Assembly (NCBI GenBank): GCA_963726255.1
Contig: CAVSBL010000002.1
Location: 928,001-992,000 of the forward strand
Length of the DNA: 64,000 bases
Direction: 5' to 3'
DNA from: Candidatus Bathyarchaeota archaeon
GTDB lineage: Archaea > Thermoproteota > Bathyarchaeia > 40CM-2-53-6
Within the stretch, counting starts at the first letter, position 1. Each line of letters starts with the position of its first letter. The notes under the pieces are model-generated. The model did not search any database. It was given only the letters and a program-made list of their open reading frames with translations, and had not been told where the DNA came from. Positions 29,438 through 40,075 of this stretch are shown piece by piece. Made by a program: the position numbers and the translations under genes.

Positions 29438-30880
29438 ATGTCCATCAAATTGTCTTCGGGAAAAGAAATTCCAATTGAGATGCACAAGACGCGAATGGTG
29501 CAGAAGATTACACTCGTACCCGTCGAAGAACGGCTCAAGGCGATTGGAGAAGCTGGCTACAATACCTTCCTGCTCAAGACGAAGGACATATTCTTAGACA
29601 TGCTCACCGACAGCGGAGTCAACGCTATGAGCGATAACCAGTTCGCAGCGTTCATGAGAGCGGACGACGCCTACGCCGGCAGCATGACTTTCTACGAATT
29701 CGCCGACGCAGTGCGAGATGTTCTAGGCTACAAATATGTCATGAACACTCACCAAGGCAGAGCAGCGGAACATCTGGTGTCCAAGGTTTTCATCAAACCT
29801 GGCGATGTGGTTCCGACGAACTATCATTTTACGACCACTAGGGCGCACATCGAACTTTTTGGCGCTTCAGTTCTAGAGATATACTATGATGACGCCCTGA
29901 AGACAGAGAGTACGAATCCCTTCAAGGGGAACATGGACCCACAGAAACTGAAGAACGTGATAAAGAAGTACGGGAAAGATAAGGTCGCATTTGTTCGTAT
30001 GGAAGCGACCACCAATCTGATTGGTGGACAGCCGTTTTCCATGGCGAATTTGAAAGAGATTCGTCAGATCTGCAATGAACACGGCTTAATCCTCGTTATA
30101 GATGGAAGCCTCATCTGCGAGAACGCTTACATGATCATGCAGCGTGAGAAAGGATACCAAGCCAAGACTGTTGCTGAAATAGTCCGCGAGATTTCCAGCA
30201 TACCTGACCTCTTCTACATGAGCGGCAGAAAGAACACGTCTGTTAGAGGGGGCATGATAGCGACCAACAACAAGGAACTGTTTGACAAGATCAGGCCCTG
30301 GCTGCCCGTGTATGAAGGGTTCTACACCTACGGGGGCATGTCGATGCGAGAAGTAGGTGCCATGGCTGTTGGAGTTCGAGAAATGGTGGACCCCTCGGTC
30401 GCAGGTTGTTCGGTCGAACAGATCAAGTATTTCGTGAACAGGCTTCGTGAAACCGGCGTCCCAGTCGTTACACCCCCAGGCGGGCTGGCGTGCCATCTAG
30501 ATGCCATGAAGTTTCTACCGCACATACCTCAATCCCAGTATCCAGCTGGCGCCCTTTCAGCCGCCCTTTACATAGCCTCGGGAATCAGAAGCATGGAAAG
30601 AGGAAGCGTCTCGATGGATAGAGACAAGGAAGGAAAGGAGGTCCCGGCTGACGTTGAACTAACTAGGATTGCACTTCCAAGAAGAGTCTACTCGATATCC
30701 CATATAGAATACGCTATTGACAGGATAAATTGGCTCTACAAGCACCGAGACCTTGTCAAAGGGCTGAAGTTCGTGTGGGAGCCTCCAGTTCTCCGGTTCT
30801 TCGACGGAAGACTCGAACCAATCGGCGATTGGGGAAGAAACCTATCTGACGCCTTCAAGAAGGAAGTAGGAAACAACTAG
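29438..30880 (+). CDS. tnaA: Tryptophanase (beta-eliminating PLP lyase; tyrosine phenol-lyase not excluded)
   Basis: AGYNTFLL, DMLTDSG, HQGRAAE, HFTTT, SGRK (PLP Lys) and RIALPRRVY motifs. Confidence 0.85.
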   Translation: MSIKLSSGKEIPIEMHKTRMVQKITLVPVEERLKAIGEAGYNTFLLKTKDIFLDMLTDSGVNAMSDNQFAAFMRADDAYAGSMTFYEFADAVRDVLGYKYVMNTHQGRAAEHLVSKVFIKPGDVVPTNYHFTTTRAHIELFGASVLEIYYDDALKTESTNPFKGNMDPQKLKNVIKKYGKDKVAFVRMEATTNLIGGQPFSMANLKEIRQICNEHGLILVIDGSLICENAYMIMQREKGYQAKTVAEIVREISSIPDLFYMSGRKNTSVRGGMIATNNKELFDKIRPWLPVYEGFYTYGGMSMREVGAMAVGVREMVDPSVAGCSVEQIKYFVNRLRETGVPVVTPPGGLACHLDAMKFLPHIPQSQYPAGALSAALYIASGIRSMERGSVSMDRDKEGKEVPADVELTRIALPRRVYSISHIEYAIDRINWLYKHRDLVKGLKFVWEPPVLRFFDGRLEPIGDWGRNLSDAFKKEVGNN

Positions 30881-30911
30881 CTTCTCCAAGCAGCAATTAC
30901 TTCGGCGTCCT

Positions 30912-30935
30912 CTACGCAGCTTACTCGCTGCGTAG
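30912..30935 (+). terminator. GC-rich hairpin downstream of tnaA
   Basis: CTACGCAGC-ttactc-GCTGCGTAG, perfect 9-bp stem; function not established. Confidence 0.35.
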
Positions 30936-31020
30936 GCTTGTCCAATGATTCACAAATGCGACTCGTGCCGAGTATGTTCAAGTATCTCACCCACCGACGA
31001 ACAACAGACGCGAACCAGCC

Positions 31021-31794
31021 ATGAGCGATCTAGTCGGGTTGATTGGCCTATTTCTTGCCGGCATGCTTGCCGGCGGCATCAACTCCGTGGCTGGTGGTGG
31101 AACTCTGATCTCCTTCCCTTCCCTTGTAGCCTTCGGTGAACCAGAGATCGTCTCCAACGCTACGAACACAGCCGCGTTGTGGCCTGGCTCCCTTAGTGGT
31201 GCTCTCGGATACCGAAAGGATACACCAGTCGAGCGCGGCTTGTTCATAATGCTCGCCATCCCCAGCCTTATCGGGGGACTCGCGGGAGCGGCGGTTCTTG
31301 TGCTTACGGCGCCTGAGCTTTTCAGACGCGTCGTCCCATTCCTGGTTCTCTTCGCGACCTTAATGCTTGCCTCACAGGACCTGATTTCCAGGAGACTTCG
31401 ACACACCTCCGCTGACGTCGAGCGTGTGACGAAGATAGGGCGCATATGGGGCGTCGTCTTTCAACTGTTCGTGGCCGCATACGGCGGTTACTTTGGGGCG
31501 GGGATAGGGATTTTGATGCTGGGCTCATTCAGCCTCATGGGCCTACGCGACATACATAAAATGAATGCGATGAAAACGCCCCTTGCTGCAATCATAAACG
31601 TAACAGCGTTCGTTTTCTTCGCGTTCAAAGGACTGGTGGTCTGGTACTTGGCGTTTCTCATGATGGCAGGCGCGATTATCGGCGGATACGCAGGCGCACG
31701 CCTTGCGAAACGCGTTAACCCACGCCTTCTGCACCTGACTGTCGTTGCAATCGGCTTGGTTGTATCAGCTTGGTTCTTCACCAAATCTTTCTGA
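31021..31794 (+). CDS. TauE/SafE family exporter
   Basis: AGGINSVAGGG and YGGYFGAGIG motifs; about 8 TM. Confidence 0.92.
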   Translation: MSDLVGLIGLFLAGMLAGGINSVAGGGTLISFPSLVAFGEPEIVSNATNTAALWPGSLSGALGYRKDTPVERGLFIMLAIPSLIGGLAGAAVLVLTAPELFRRVVPFLVLFATLMLASQDLISRRLRHTSADVERVTKIGRIWGVVFQLFVAAYGGYFGAGIGILMLGSFSLMGLRDIHKMNAMKTPLAAIINVTAFVFFAFKGLVVWYLAFLMMAGAIIGGYAGARLAKRVNPRLLHLTVVAIGLVVSAWFFTKSF

Positions 31795-31870
31795 CGAAAT
31801 TCCTCCATCGTTGAGTAGTCAATAAATAGCTAGAACCCGGCTCTCTCCGCTTAACAAGCGAGGCACGGCC

Positions 31871-32518
31871 ATGAAACTCGGAGTCTTGGGAACTGGGATG
31901 GTTGGGAACACAATTGCTACGAAACTGATTCAATTGGGCCACGAAGTGAAAATGGGTTCTCGCACGTCAGGAAACGAGAAAGCTGTCCAATGGGCCAAAG
32001 CAAACGGCCCAAAGGCCTCGAACGGCCCGTTCGCTGAGGCCGCAGAATTCGCCGAGATAATCTTCAACTGCACGGCTGGCGCAGCTTCACTCGAAGCCTT
32101 GAAATTGGCTGGCGCGAAAAACCTGAAAGGAAAGATTCTGGTCGACATATCCAACCCCTTGGATTTCTCTAAAGGCATGCCACCTACATTGACGGTTTGC
32201 AATACAGATTCGCTCGGCGAGCAAATACAGCGAACCTTCCCCGAAGCCAAGGTTGTCAAAGCACTCAACACCATCAACTGCAACGTAATGGTAACGCCAC
32301 ACATCATCCCTGGAACCCACGACATCTTCATGAGCGGAAATGATCCAAACGCCAAATCCAAGGTTCGCGAGATCCTTACAGATTGGTTTGGTTGGAAGTC
32401 TGTCATTGACCTCGGTGACATAAGCACAGCCAGAGGAACAGAAATGTATCTGGCGCTCTGGGTGCGGTTGATGACAGTCAACCAGACCCCCAACTTCAAC
32501 ATCAAGGTCACGAAATAA
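31871..32518 (+). CDS. NADP-dependent oxidoreductase, F420-dependent family
   Basis: GTGMVG Rossmann motif, DISNPL and VVKALNT. Confidence 0.88.
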   Translation: MKLGVLGTGMVGNTIATKLIQLGHEVKMGSRTSGNEKAVQWAKANGPKASNGPFAEAAEFAEIIFNCTAGAASLEALKLAGAKNLKGKILVDISNPLDFSKGMPPTLTVCNTDSLGEQIQRTFPEAKVVKALNTINCNVMVTPHIIPGTHDIFMSGNDPNAKSKVREILTDWFGWKSVIDLGDISTARGTEMYLALWVRLMTVNQTPNFNIKVTK

Positions 32519-32680
32519 GAATGACGATAGACTCTACGGAGCCAACAGAATCCCGGCTCTGATCAGGATTTGACATAGCTCGCAGCCCTCAACGCAGTCG
32601 CACTTATTCCAACGTTAGCCGGTGTAACTCGGAAAAGGAAAATCCGTCTTTCAGAACGAAGCAGTAGAACACGACTCCGA

Positions 32681-33142
32681 CTATAGGTCGAGTTCAAGAA
32701 ACAGAGCTCCTGCCATAGGGTTGTAGCGATAGGGCTGAATTTCTTTGAAACCTAAACTACGGTAGAGTCGGGTAGCTTCTTCCATTGAGCCAACAGTATC
32801 CAAGCGCATACGAGAGTATCCACGCTTCCTTGCTTGTTCGATGATCGCCATTGACAGGGCTCTGCCGATTCCCTTTCGCCTGAATGCTGGGCGCACATAC
32901 AACCTCTTCATCTCACAAACGTCATTAGCCAATTTTCGCAAAGCCACGCAACCAGCGACAGCATCTCGGTCAAAAGCGAGCAATAGCGCCCCCGTCGGGT
33001 GGGAATATTCTCCGGGTAGATTTGCCAACTCCTCCTCAAAATTCTGGAAGGATAGGTCGAACCCAACCGAGGAAGCATATTCCAAGAAAAGCGATTTGAC
33101 CTCTTGAAGGTGCTCTTGAGAGTCCGCCTGCCTTATTTTCAA
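32681..33142 (-). CDS. GNAT N-acetyltransferase
   Basis: [16 protein letters not shown] and LY.SLGF motifs. Confidence 0.92.
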   Translation of the reverse strand: MKIRQADSQEHLQEVKSLFLEYASSVGFDLSFQNFEEELANLPGEYSHPTGALLLAFDRDAVAGCVALRKLANDVCEMKRLYVRPAFRRKGIGRALSMAIIEQARKRGYSRMRLDTVGSMEEATRLYRSLGFKEIQPYRYNPMAGALFLELDL

Positions 33143-33237
33143 GGAACTTCAGGCCCCTTCGATATAGGACATACGCCTACAACGCAGGTTAATCAATCGG
33201 TGCTTGAATGCTTGCTCAAATCGAGGATGCCCCTGGG

Positions 33238-33492
33238 ATGACCGTCAAGGGAAGGTTCGAAGGGGCAATGACTCTACGAAAGCTCCGGGAATTCATCGTC
33301 GATCCGACCAGATTCGGAAAGTGCCTCCCAGAACCAGCAGAGCCAACCACGGAACCACCTCAGTCCATAGGGAGAAGTTTATGGCCGTATACACGTTTGC
33401 AATACTCCAAGCCGTCTGTAGCCTTAGTCGTTGACACCTATTTCACAAGGGCTCTTTCCGGCGACCGAGAACTTGCCAATCCTTGCATCTGA
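33238..33492 (+). pseudogene. Possible CoxG/SRPBCC N-terminal remnant
   Basis: FIVDPTRFGKCLP resembles the CoxG N-terminus; similarity then collapses. Confidence 0.3.
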
Positions 33493-33672
33493 AGTCGAAG
33501 CAATAAGACTGTATTCCATCGAAAGACCCCGAAACTCCAAGTAGACTCCTCAGCCCACTTTGCATTTCCAAAGCAACACTTCCAAGTTTTCCATACTCTC
33601 GTTGCCACAGGAGTTGCATCTTCCGGGTAATGGTTAAGTTTCGGATTTGAATCAGTTCCTACGTGGTTTCAA

Positions 33673-34689
33673 GTGTCCATAGGTGATTTACGATTGGCGA
33701 GCTCACAAACGGGGCAGCGCAAAGTCTGCTCTTTCTGTCACAACTTCATAGACAGCAACGCCCTATTCTGTGACGTGTGCGGTACTCCTCAAGATATGGG
33801 TCGAGTTCTTCAGGTTCGATCTGAGATGCAGAGGAATATTGACAACCTAACCGCTTCTACACGCTCCTTGGAGAGCCGAAAGGCCGCCCTGGAAAGTGAG
33901 ATTAGGGAATTACAGAATTCCTCCGAGAAGGCAAAGTTGACTCAAAAAATAGAGCTTGAATCATTAGATGACAAGATAAAGACGCTGACGGATGCTCTGC
34001 AACCTTTAGCACGTGAGGTTGAATCACTGCGGAGCAGGAAAGAAGCACTTACAAGTGAAATCGACGTGCTTGCCACTAAGAAGCAGGAATTAGAGAAGGC
34101 TACCAGATCGGAAGCAGAGACTATCGAATCTCTACACAGAGAGAGGCTCGGGATGCAGCATCAGATCAGACGACGATCCGACAAGGCACGCGTACGTAGC
34201 CAAGCGTCAAAACCAAGAGAAATGCGTGCTGCGAATAAGCAGACTACTCACACGTTTGTTTGCAAATACGAAGGGACCGCAGACTGGAATACGGAACTTT
34301 CTAGGCTAATTGCTCAGTTTGAACTTTCACTGGACCAGCCGAAGTATTCTTTCTCGCCTGACAAAATCGTTCTCCCGGTCACAGGATCGAGAGAGAATAT
34401 CGAAAAACTGGCTACGGCGCTTAATAGCTTGGAGGGTTTCGTCAACTTGCGCTCGAAGCTCGCGGCAACGAAGAACACCCTGCGGGAATATGTCAAGGCG
34501 AGAACCATTCACAAGCAAGAACTCGATGAGCTTAACAACGTTCCCTGGTACAAGCAGAACCGAAGTCTGAATAAGCGGAAGATTGAACTTAGCCAAAGAC
34601 TGGCAGAGGATGACTCGAAGGTAAATGCTATCTCAGAAGATTTGAAGGTCTTAGAGAGCTTAGTTGGTTCTGATGTGCCTAAGAATTGA
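33673..34689 (+). CDS. Zinc-ribbon plus long coiled-coil protein
   Basis: CSFC..FCDVCG N-terminus, then heptad repeats and a small alpha/beta insertion. Confidence 0.8.
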   Translation: MSIGDLRLASSQTGQRKVCSFCHNFIDSNALFCDVCGTPQDMGRVLQVRSEMQRNIDNLTASTRSLESRKAALESEIRELQNSSEKAKLTQKIELESLDDKIKTLTDALQPLAREVESLRSRKEALTSEIDVLATKKQELEKATRSEAETIESLHRERLGMQHQIRRRSDKARVRSQASKPREMRAANKQTTHTFVCKYEGTADWNTELSRLIAQFELSLDQPKYSFSPDKIVLPVTGSRENIEKLATALNSLEGFVNLRSKLAATKNTLREYVKARTIHKQELDELNNVPWYKQNRSLNKRKIELSQRLAEDDSKVNAISEDLKVLESLVGSDVPKN

Positions 34690-34761
34690 GCTGTCCCTGA
34701 TGGGTTTCGACTTTAAGTTTATTGGAAGCGATTGCCAATGATTGCCATGCGGATGATTTAA

Positions 34762-35397
34762 TTGAGCAGACGCACGCCGGCTAAACGCGAGTCAATATTA
34801 GAGATTTACATGCCAATCGGGATGCGAATTCTCGTTGTGCTTTACTGGGTAGGCGGATTATCCGGCATAATGATCGGTATTCTGGCGATAAACCAGGGAT
34901 TCTATGAAACATTTTTCGACATTCAATACTTGCTCATTGGACAGGGAGTAGCGTTGCTCTCCCTTGGCAGCATCATCTTTCTCGTCGCCATCGGAATGGT
35001 CACCGGAGCAAAATGGAGCATACCCATTGCAAAACGGCTTTCTGCAGTCCTAGTTGGTTGGGCAGCAGTCGGAACTGTACTGGGCGTGTACACAGCTTAT
35101 GCCGTAACTGCCTTGGACTCCACATTTGTGCTATACGGCATGGTCGCGTGGCTACTCATCTTCGGAATAGGGGCTGGATTGCTTGGATTAAGCTACCTGA
35201 TGACTCACGGAACAACTGTAAGAAAATACTCCGAATACGTTACCACTGAAACATATGCACCACAACCCTACTCTGCCGAACCTAAACGACTTCCCGCAAC
35301 GGCAAAACGCGCTGTCATTCGTTGTCTAGATTGCGGAGCCGAACTGAAACCGGGAACATCCTACTGCCCGGCGTGCGGAGCACCCCAGGGTGTTTAA
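34762..35397 (+). CDS. 4-TM membrane protein with C-terminal zinc ribbon
   Basis: Four hydrophobic helices; CLDCG...YCPACG. Confidence 0.8.
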   Translation: MSRRTPAKRESILEIYMPIGMRILVVLYWVGGLSGIMIGILAINQGFYETFFDIQYLLIGQGVALLSLGSIIFLVAIGMVTGAKWSIPIAKRLSAVLVGWAAVGTVLGVYTAYAVTALDSTFVLYGMVAWLLIFGIGAGLLGLSYLMTHGTTVRKYSEYVTTETYAPQPYSAEPKRLPATAKRAVIRCLDCGAELKPGTSYCPACGAPQGV

Positions 35398-37024
35398 GAT
35401 GAGAAACATCAAGCTACTACTAATACTGGCCTTAGTCATCGTCGGTATCAGCCTCATTCCCGCCATCGCGGTCAAAGCCCAGACGGGAGACTTTCAAGTC
35501 AGCGCGCAACCGTCCCACGCAACGATAGGTACGGACGGAACAGCACGCTTCGTCATTAAAGTCACTTCAATAAACGGGTTCTCTGGATCAGTTCAGTTGG
35601 CTGTAACAGGCCTCTCTCAGACGGGCCAATCGCGGTCTTACGCCTCATTTCAACCTGGCACGCTCCAACTGGCATCTAACGGTCAAGCTTACGCAGTGCT
35701 CACACTAACGATTAGCACACAGTACGTTACTCTTGCCACGAACACAATCAGCACGATCAACTTCAACGTCGCCGCAACCGCGAATGGCATCACGACATCG
35801 GTACCGCTGGCAGCAGACATTTTCTATGGCACGCAATCAACCATTCAATTAGCTGACACTGCACTAACCCTTCAGCCGAACACAATTCAAACTACAGCCA
35901 CCATAACACAATCCCAGAGCGCCACCGTCCAACTAACTTTAACATCGGGCGCGACTACAAATCTTGGACAAACAGTCCTCACGGCGACCATAGTAGGATA
36001 TGATATTCCGAGTGGGCTACTTTTCACAATCACGCCCACGACCACGAACATAGTTGCAGGTCAGACTACGACTGTGACAATCAATCTCCTAATGACCCCG
36101 CAATTTCTCCAGGCAGGGGGAACCTACATATTTGCGATTGGAATAAACGCCTTGATGCAGGGTCCTCTAATTAACGCCTATACGTCATACCAGAACTACT
36201 TCGTCAGCAAAGCGGTGCCCCTAACCATCATTATCCCGCCGGCATTCAGCGTCGCAGCTAACCCAACAATTTTCAACGTGTTGGTCGGCGGGCCTTCTCA
36301 ACAATTGGGTATAATTGTTACGCCGATAACATCAGGCTTAACCGACCCCATAGTTCTATCAGTCCAAGGCCTACCTGCCGGACTGATCGCAACATTCCAG
36401 AATAATCCCCTCACCCCGAACGGCCTCCAACCATTATCTACGAACCTTGTGATTCAGGCACCTGGGAGCACATTCCCCACGACTGCTACTATAACGATCT
36501 CGGCTACGGCTGCTGGCGTAACCAACACCGCTACAGTATCATTGACACTTCAACCGCAGGGGGACTATAGCATACAGGCAGATCAGACTATACTGTCATT
36601 CACGGGAGCCGGCGAATCAAAGACTATTACGCTGACGATCACTCCGCAGAACGGTTTCAAATCGAACATCAACCTCACGACTTTGAATCTGCCAACCGGT
36701 TTCACAGATTCATTCAGCCCATCAAATCTCCAAGTACAACAATCGGGCCCTATCACAGTGATCGCAACGATCGTTGCTGGGCCTAATATTCAACCAGGCA
36801 CTTACTCTGTATCAATCGTAAGCAGTACCGGCGTTTCCGCAGCGAAAACCATACCGATTACGGTGCTTGTACGAGCCGGTGTAGGTCAAATATGGCCAAT
36901 TGTCTTGATTATGGTCATCCTGATTGCGGTGATAAGCATCATTGCCTTCATTGGCATACCAAGGGGAAGAGAAGTACGACGGATACCTGAACAACAAACC
37001 GGCGTTCCCAGCCTACCGCCATAG
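35390..37024 (+). CDS. Cell-surface Ig-like repeat protein with C-terminal membrane anchor
   Basis: Signal peptide; repeated F/Y-S-x-x-A-x-P...GLP.G..A.F beta-rich modules; Thr-rich; C-terminal TM. Confidence 0.8.
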   Translation: MFKMRNIKLLLILALVIVGISLIPAIAVKAQTGDFQVSAQPSHATIGTDGTARFVIKVTSINGFSGSVQLAVTGLSQTGQSRSYASFQPGTLQLASNGQAYAVLTLTISTQYVTLATNTISTINFNVAATANGITTSVPLAADIFYGTQSTIQLADTALTLQPNTIQTTATITQSQSATVQLTLTSGATTNLGQTVLTATIVGYDIPSGLLFTITPTTTNIVAGQTTTVTINLLMTPQFLQAGGTYIFAIGINALMQGPLINAYTSYQNYFVSKAVPLTIIIPPAFSVAANPTIFNVLVGGPSQQLGIIVTPITSGLTDPIVLSVQGLPAGLIATFQNNPLTPNGLQPLSTNLVIQAPGSTFPTTATITISATAAGVTNTATVSLTLQPQGDYSIQADQTILSFTGAGESKTITLTITPQNGFKSNINLTTLNLPTGFTDSFSPSNLQVQQSGPITVIATIVAGPNIQPGTYSVSIVSSTGVSAAKTIPITVLVRAGVGQIWPIVLIMVILIAVISIIAFIGIPRGREVRRIPEQQTGVPSLPP

Positions 37025-37042
37025 AACGGGGAGACACTTTCG

Positions 37043-37240
37043 ATGGCCCACGTGGCACCCATTAGGATTAGGAAGTCAAAAACCAAGACCGGAAAAATTG
37101 TTCGCTTAACAATCCCCAAGATTTTACTTGATGACGCTGAGTTTCCACTCGACCTCCGAGAGCAGGTCTACATCCGAATAGTGCCCGATGGTCTATTACT
37201 AACTCATAATTCAAAAGGAAACGGTACGTGGAAAGTGTGA
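37043..37240 (+). CDS. AbrB/MazE-like swapped-hairpin small protein
   Basis: RLTIPK.L......L...V.I pattern. Confidence 0.55.
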   Translation: MAHVAPIRIRKSKTKTGKIVRLTIPKILLDDAEFPLDLREQVYIRIVPDGLLLTHNSKGNGTWKV

Positions 37241-38058
37241 CTGGGACCGGAGCCAATAGAGACTATTATCAAGTCTTGGGCGTTCCGGAAAATGCTACAA
37301 AAGAACAAGTGAAAGCCGCCTACAGGCAACTTGCGCTGCGATACCATCCTGACAGGAATAAGAACCCCAAAGCGCAAGAGAAGTTCAAGGAAATATCACA
37401 AGCCTACCGAGACGCATGCGAAGCCCTAGAGCATCAACGCTTTGCCATAGAACAAGAAACAACAGATTGGACACCTGGCCCAATCTTAGTACGTGAAGAA
37501 TTCATTCCTGACCTGCGCGAAGGTAGAAGAACCCTCAGCGTGGAAGGAGGAGTGAGGGGGAACGTCAACTACGCGTTGTGGGTTTCCCTGAAAGAAGTTG
37601 CAATAGGAACAAGAAAAACAATCTCGATAAGTCGAAGAATCGTCTGCAGTTTCTGTGAAGGGCTCGGCCAGAAAACTGGATGCAGACACTGCCAAGGAAC
37701 CGGGATCAGAAAGGAAGTACGATTTGTTCCGCTTACAATCCCTGCCGGAGTCGAAGAGGGCATGCAATTCAAATTGACAGGAGGCGGAAACTTCGGCGGC
37801 GACATCTTCGTTGAAATCAACGTTAAACCACATCGACTATTTCGAAGAGACGTGGATAACATCTACTGTGAAGTGCCTGTATCAACCGCTCAACTAAGAA
37901 ACGGAACCGAAATACAGATCAGGACTTTGGATGGTTCTACGGCTTTCCTACGTGTTCCGCCCAAGACGCGTAAGGGCACATTATTCGTCTTGCAGGAAAG
38001 AGGCCTACCTAGGTGGGGGTCGTCGAGAAGAGGCGACCTCATGGCCAAAATAGTTTGA
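37228..38058 (+). CDS. DnaJ family co-chaperone (J domain, partial zinc finger, C-terminal domain)
   Basis: [24 protein letters not shown] and IPAGV motifs. Confidence 0.88.
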   Translation: MESVTGTGANRDYYQVLGVPENATKEQVKAAYRQLALRYHPDRNKNPKAQEKFKEISQAYRDACEALEHQRFAIEQETTDWTPGPILVREEFIPDLREGRRTLSVEGGVRGNVNYALWVSLKEVAIGTRKTISISRRIVCSFCEGLGQKTGCRHCQGTGIRKEVRFVPLTIPAGVEEGMQFKLTGGGNFGGDIFVEINVKPHRLFRRDVDNIYCEVPVSTAQLRNGTEIQIRTLDGSTAFLRVPPKTRKGTLFVLQERGLPRWGSSRRGDLMAKIV

Positions 38059-38086
38059 CGAATGCTCGCGCACCCTTGACCTTAAG

Positions 38087-38278
38087 GTGCAGGCGAGATT
38101 GAACAGATTAGGCGCATCTAAGACGGTTCTAATCTGGCTGCTCCAAGAAGCCCAGCCTTCGATCCGATATCTCACACTTACGCAGTTGCTTGAAAAATCT
38201 GACGACGACGCACAGGTTGGATCGGCGAAGGCGATGCGAGTACTGAGCAGGATTGAGCAAAGTGGAACAAATCACTGA
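38087..38278 (+). pseudogene. Internally deleted remnant of a prenyltransferase/squalene-cyclase-repeat-like protein
   Basis: WLL...QPSIRY.TL..LL N-terminal motif joined directly to AMRVL.R, which resembles a C-terminus. Confidence 0.4.
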
Positions 38279-38355
38279 CGAGATTCGCCCTGAAATCCGG
38301 ATGTTCCAGAATGCGAAAAGTCTTATCTGAAGAACCTTAACGACTGATTGAAACT

Positions 38356-39327
38356 ATGTCGGCACAAAGCCCGAAGCAGGCAGATGTTGAAATCATAGTT
38401 CGTCCGCTTCGAGAGAATGACCTTCCGGAGGCTGACCGCGTCTGCCGCCTAGCTTACGGTACGTTTCTTGAATTGCCCGACCCGATGACGGTCTTTGGAG
38501 ATGCTGAATATGTACGGACCCGTTGGCTAGCTGATTCGGACGCCGCCTTAGGCGCCGAGGTTAAAGGCGAACTTGTAGGTTCGATTTTCGCAACGAGTTG
38601 GGGCAGTTTCGGATTCTTCGGACCGCTCTCAGTGCGCCCTGACCTATGGGACAAAGGCATTGCCAAACGCCTGCTTGAAAGGACGATGGAGCTCTTCGAC
38701 AAGTGGGGAACAAAGCACATCGCTCTTCTCACCTTTGCAAACAGCGGAAAACACATTGCTCTCTACCAGAAGTTTGGCTTCTGGCCACGATTCCTCACTC
38801 CCATAATGTCCAAGGCTGTAGAGAAAAAGCCGCAATTCGTGGAACGGTCGAAGTTTTCCGAAGTGCAGGAGAAGAAACGGGCGCAGTACCTCGATGCCTG
38901 CAGCGACCTTACTGGCAAGATCTACGAAGGACTCGATGTGAGGCGGGAGATTCAGGCGGTCGCCGCTCAGAAACTTGGTGAAACGCTGTTGCTGTCGGTT
39001 AGGAAGGAACTCGTTGGCTTGGCGGTGTGCCACTGTGGTGTGGGTTCAGAGGCGGGCAGCGGTAACTGCTACGTGAAGTTCGGGGCAGTTCGACCCAGCG
39101 GGAACGTTAGGCTAAATTTCGGTTTACTGCTAGACGCATGCGAAATGCTTGCAACCGAAAGAGGGATGTCGCGACTTGTCGCTGGTATGAATGTGGCACG
39201 CCATGAAGCTTATCGCGTAATGATTGAACGTGGTTTCCACATGGATTTTCAAGGTGTGGCGATGCAAAAACCTAACGAGCCTGGGTACAATCGACCCGAC
39301 GTCTTTGTCATCGACGACTTGCGATAA
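38356..39327 (+). CDS. GNAT family acetyltransferase (two-domain)
   Basis: GPLSVRPD.W.KGIAK.L and LYQKFGF motifs. Confidence 0.85.
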   Translation: MSAQSPKQADVEIIVRPLRENDLPEADRVCRLAYGTFLELPDPMTVFGDAEYVRTRWLADSDAALGAEVKGELVGSIFATSWGSFGFFGPLSVRPDLWDKGIAKRLLERTMELFDKWGTKHIALLTFANSGKHIALYQKFGFWPRFLTPIMSKAVEKKPQFVERSKFSEVQEKKRAQYLDACSDLTGKIYEGLDVRREIQAVAAQKLGETLLLSVRKELVGLAVCHCGVGSEAGSGNCYVKFGAVRPSGNVRLNFGLLLDACEMLATERGMSRLVAGMNVARHEAYRVMIERGFHMDFQGVAMQKPNEPGYNRPDVFVIDDLR

Positions 39328-39595
39328 GAGTGCACGGGGCCTTGGGAGCGGCAGGGTGTGCTCCTTAGAGATGAGTTTGCTCTTGACTGTTTAGGTCACG
39401 TTTAGCCCCGAGTGATCTGAAGACCTCCGCGGCTTGCAAGTATCTTTTTCGATTCGTCTGGGCTCCTCTGCCGTGCTTGAAACAAAGTGGAATGGCTAGT
39501 GACTGTACAGCCCCTTCGGGAGTCTCTCTGTCCGTCGATTAGTCAGCGTCATGAGACGAGATCTGTGCCGCCTGTCCCAATCTTTATCGTCCGAG

Positions 39596-40075
39596 TCACT
39601 CCTTCTTTACCGTCTTTGAGGTGTCGAATCCCTCTGTCTCTAGCTCCTTGAAACGGGTTTCCACGAATTGAGCTACCTTCTGCTGACTGTATTCTTTTTC
39701 CCGTTTCTGCTTGTCGAGGTGTTCTCTGATGACCCTTAGCAGTTCGTCTGTGTTTACGGGTTTGATTAGGTAGTAGTCTACTCCCTTGTTGATCGCCTTG
39801 ACGGCATTCTGCAATGCGGGGTAACCGGTCAGTATGATCTTGACCATTTTCGGTGTTGTTTCCTTCAGAGCGGTTAAGAGTTCGGTGCCTTCGATATCCG
39901 GGAGGCGAATGTCGATTAGTGCGAGATTGTAGAAGTTCACCTTAGCCTTCTCGATGGCCTGTTTCCCGTTCTCTGCGGTGTCCACCACGTAGCCTGCACG
40001 CATCAAGGTGATTGAGATAGTCTTCCTGATGCTTTCCTCGTCATCGATTACAAGGATCCGGGCTGATTCCGTCAT
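39596..40075 (-). CDS. Response regulator (receiver domain with short helical tail)
   Basis: ILVIDDE, phosphoacceptor D in LIDIRLPD, LTG and YLIKP. Confidence 0.95.
   Translation of the reverse strand: MTESARILVIDDEESIRKTISITLMRAGYVVDTAENGKQAIEKAKVNFYNLALIDIRLPDIEGTELLTALKETTPKMVKIILTGYPALQNAVKAINKGVDYYLIKPVNTDELLRVIREHLDKQKREKEYSQQKVAQFVETRFKELETEGFDTSKTVKKE

Noticed and set aside
32520-32565. Box C/D-like ATGACGA ... CTGA
   Set aside because: Too short, no C' box and no terminal stem
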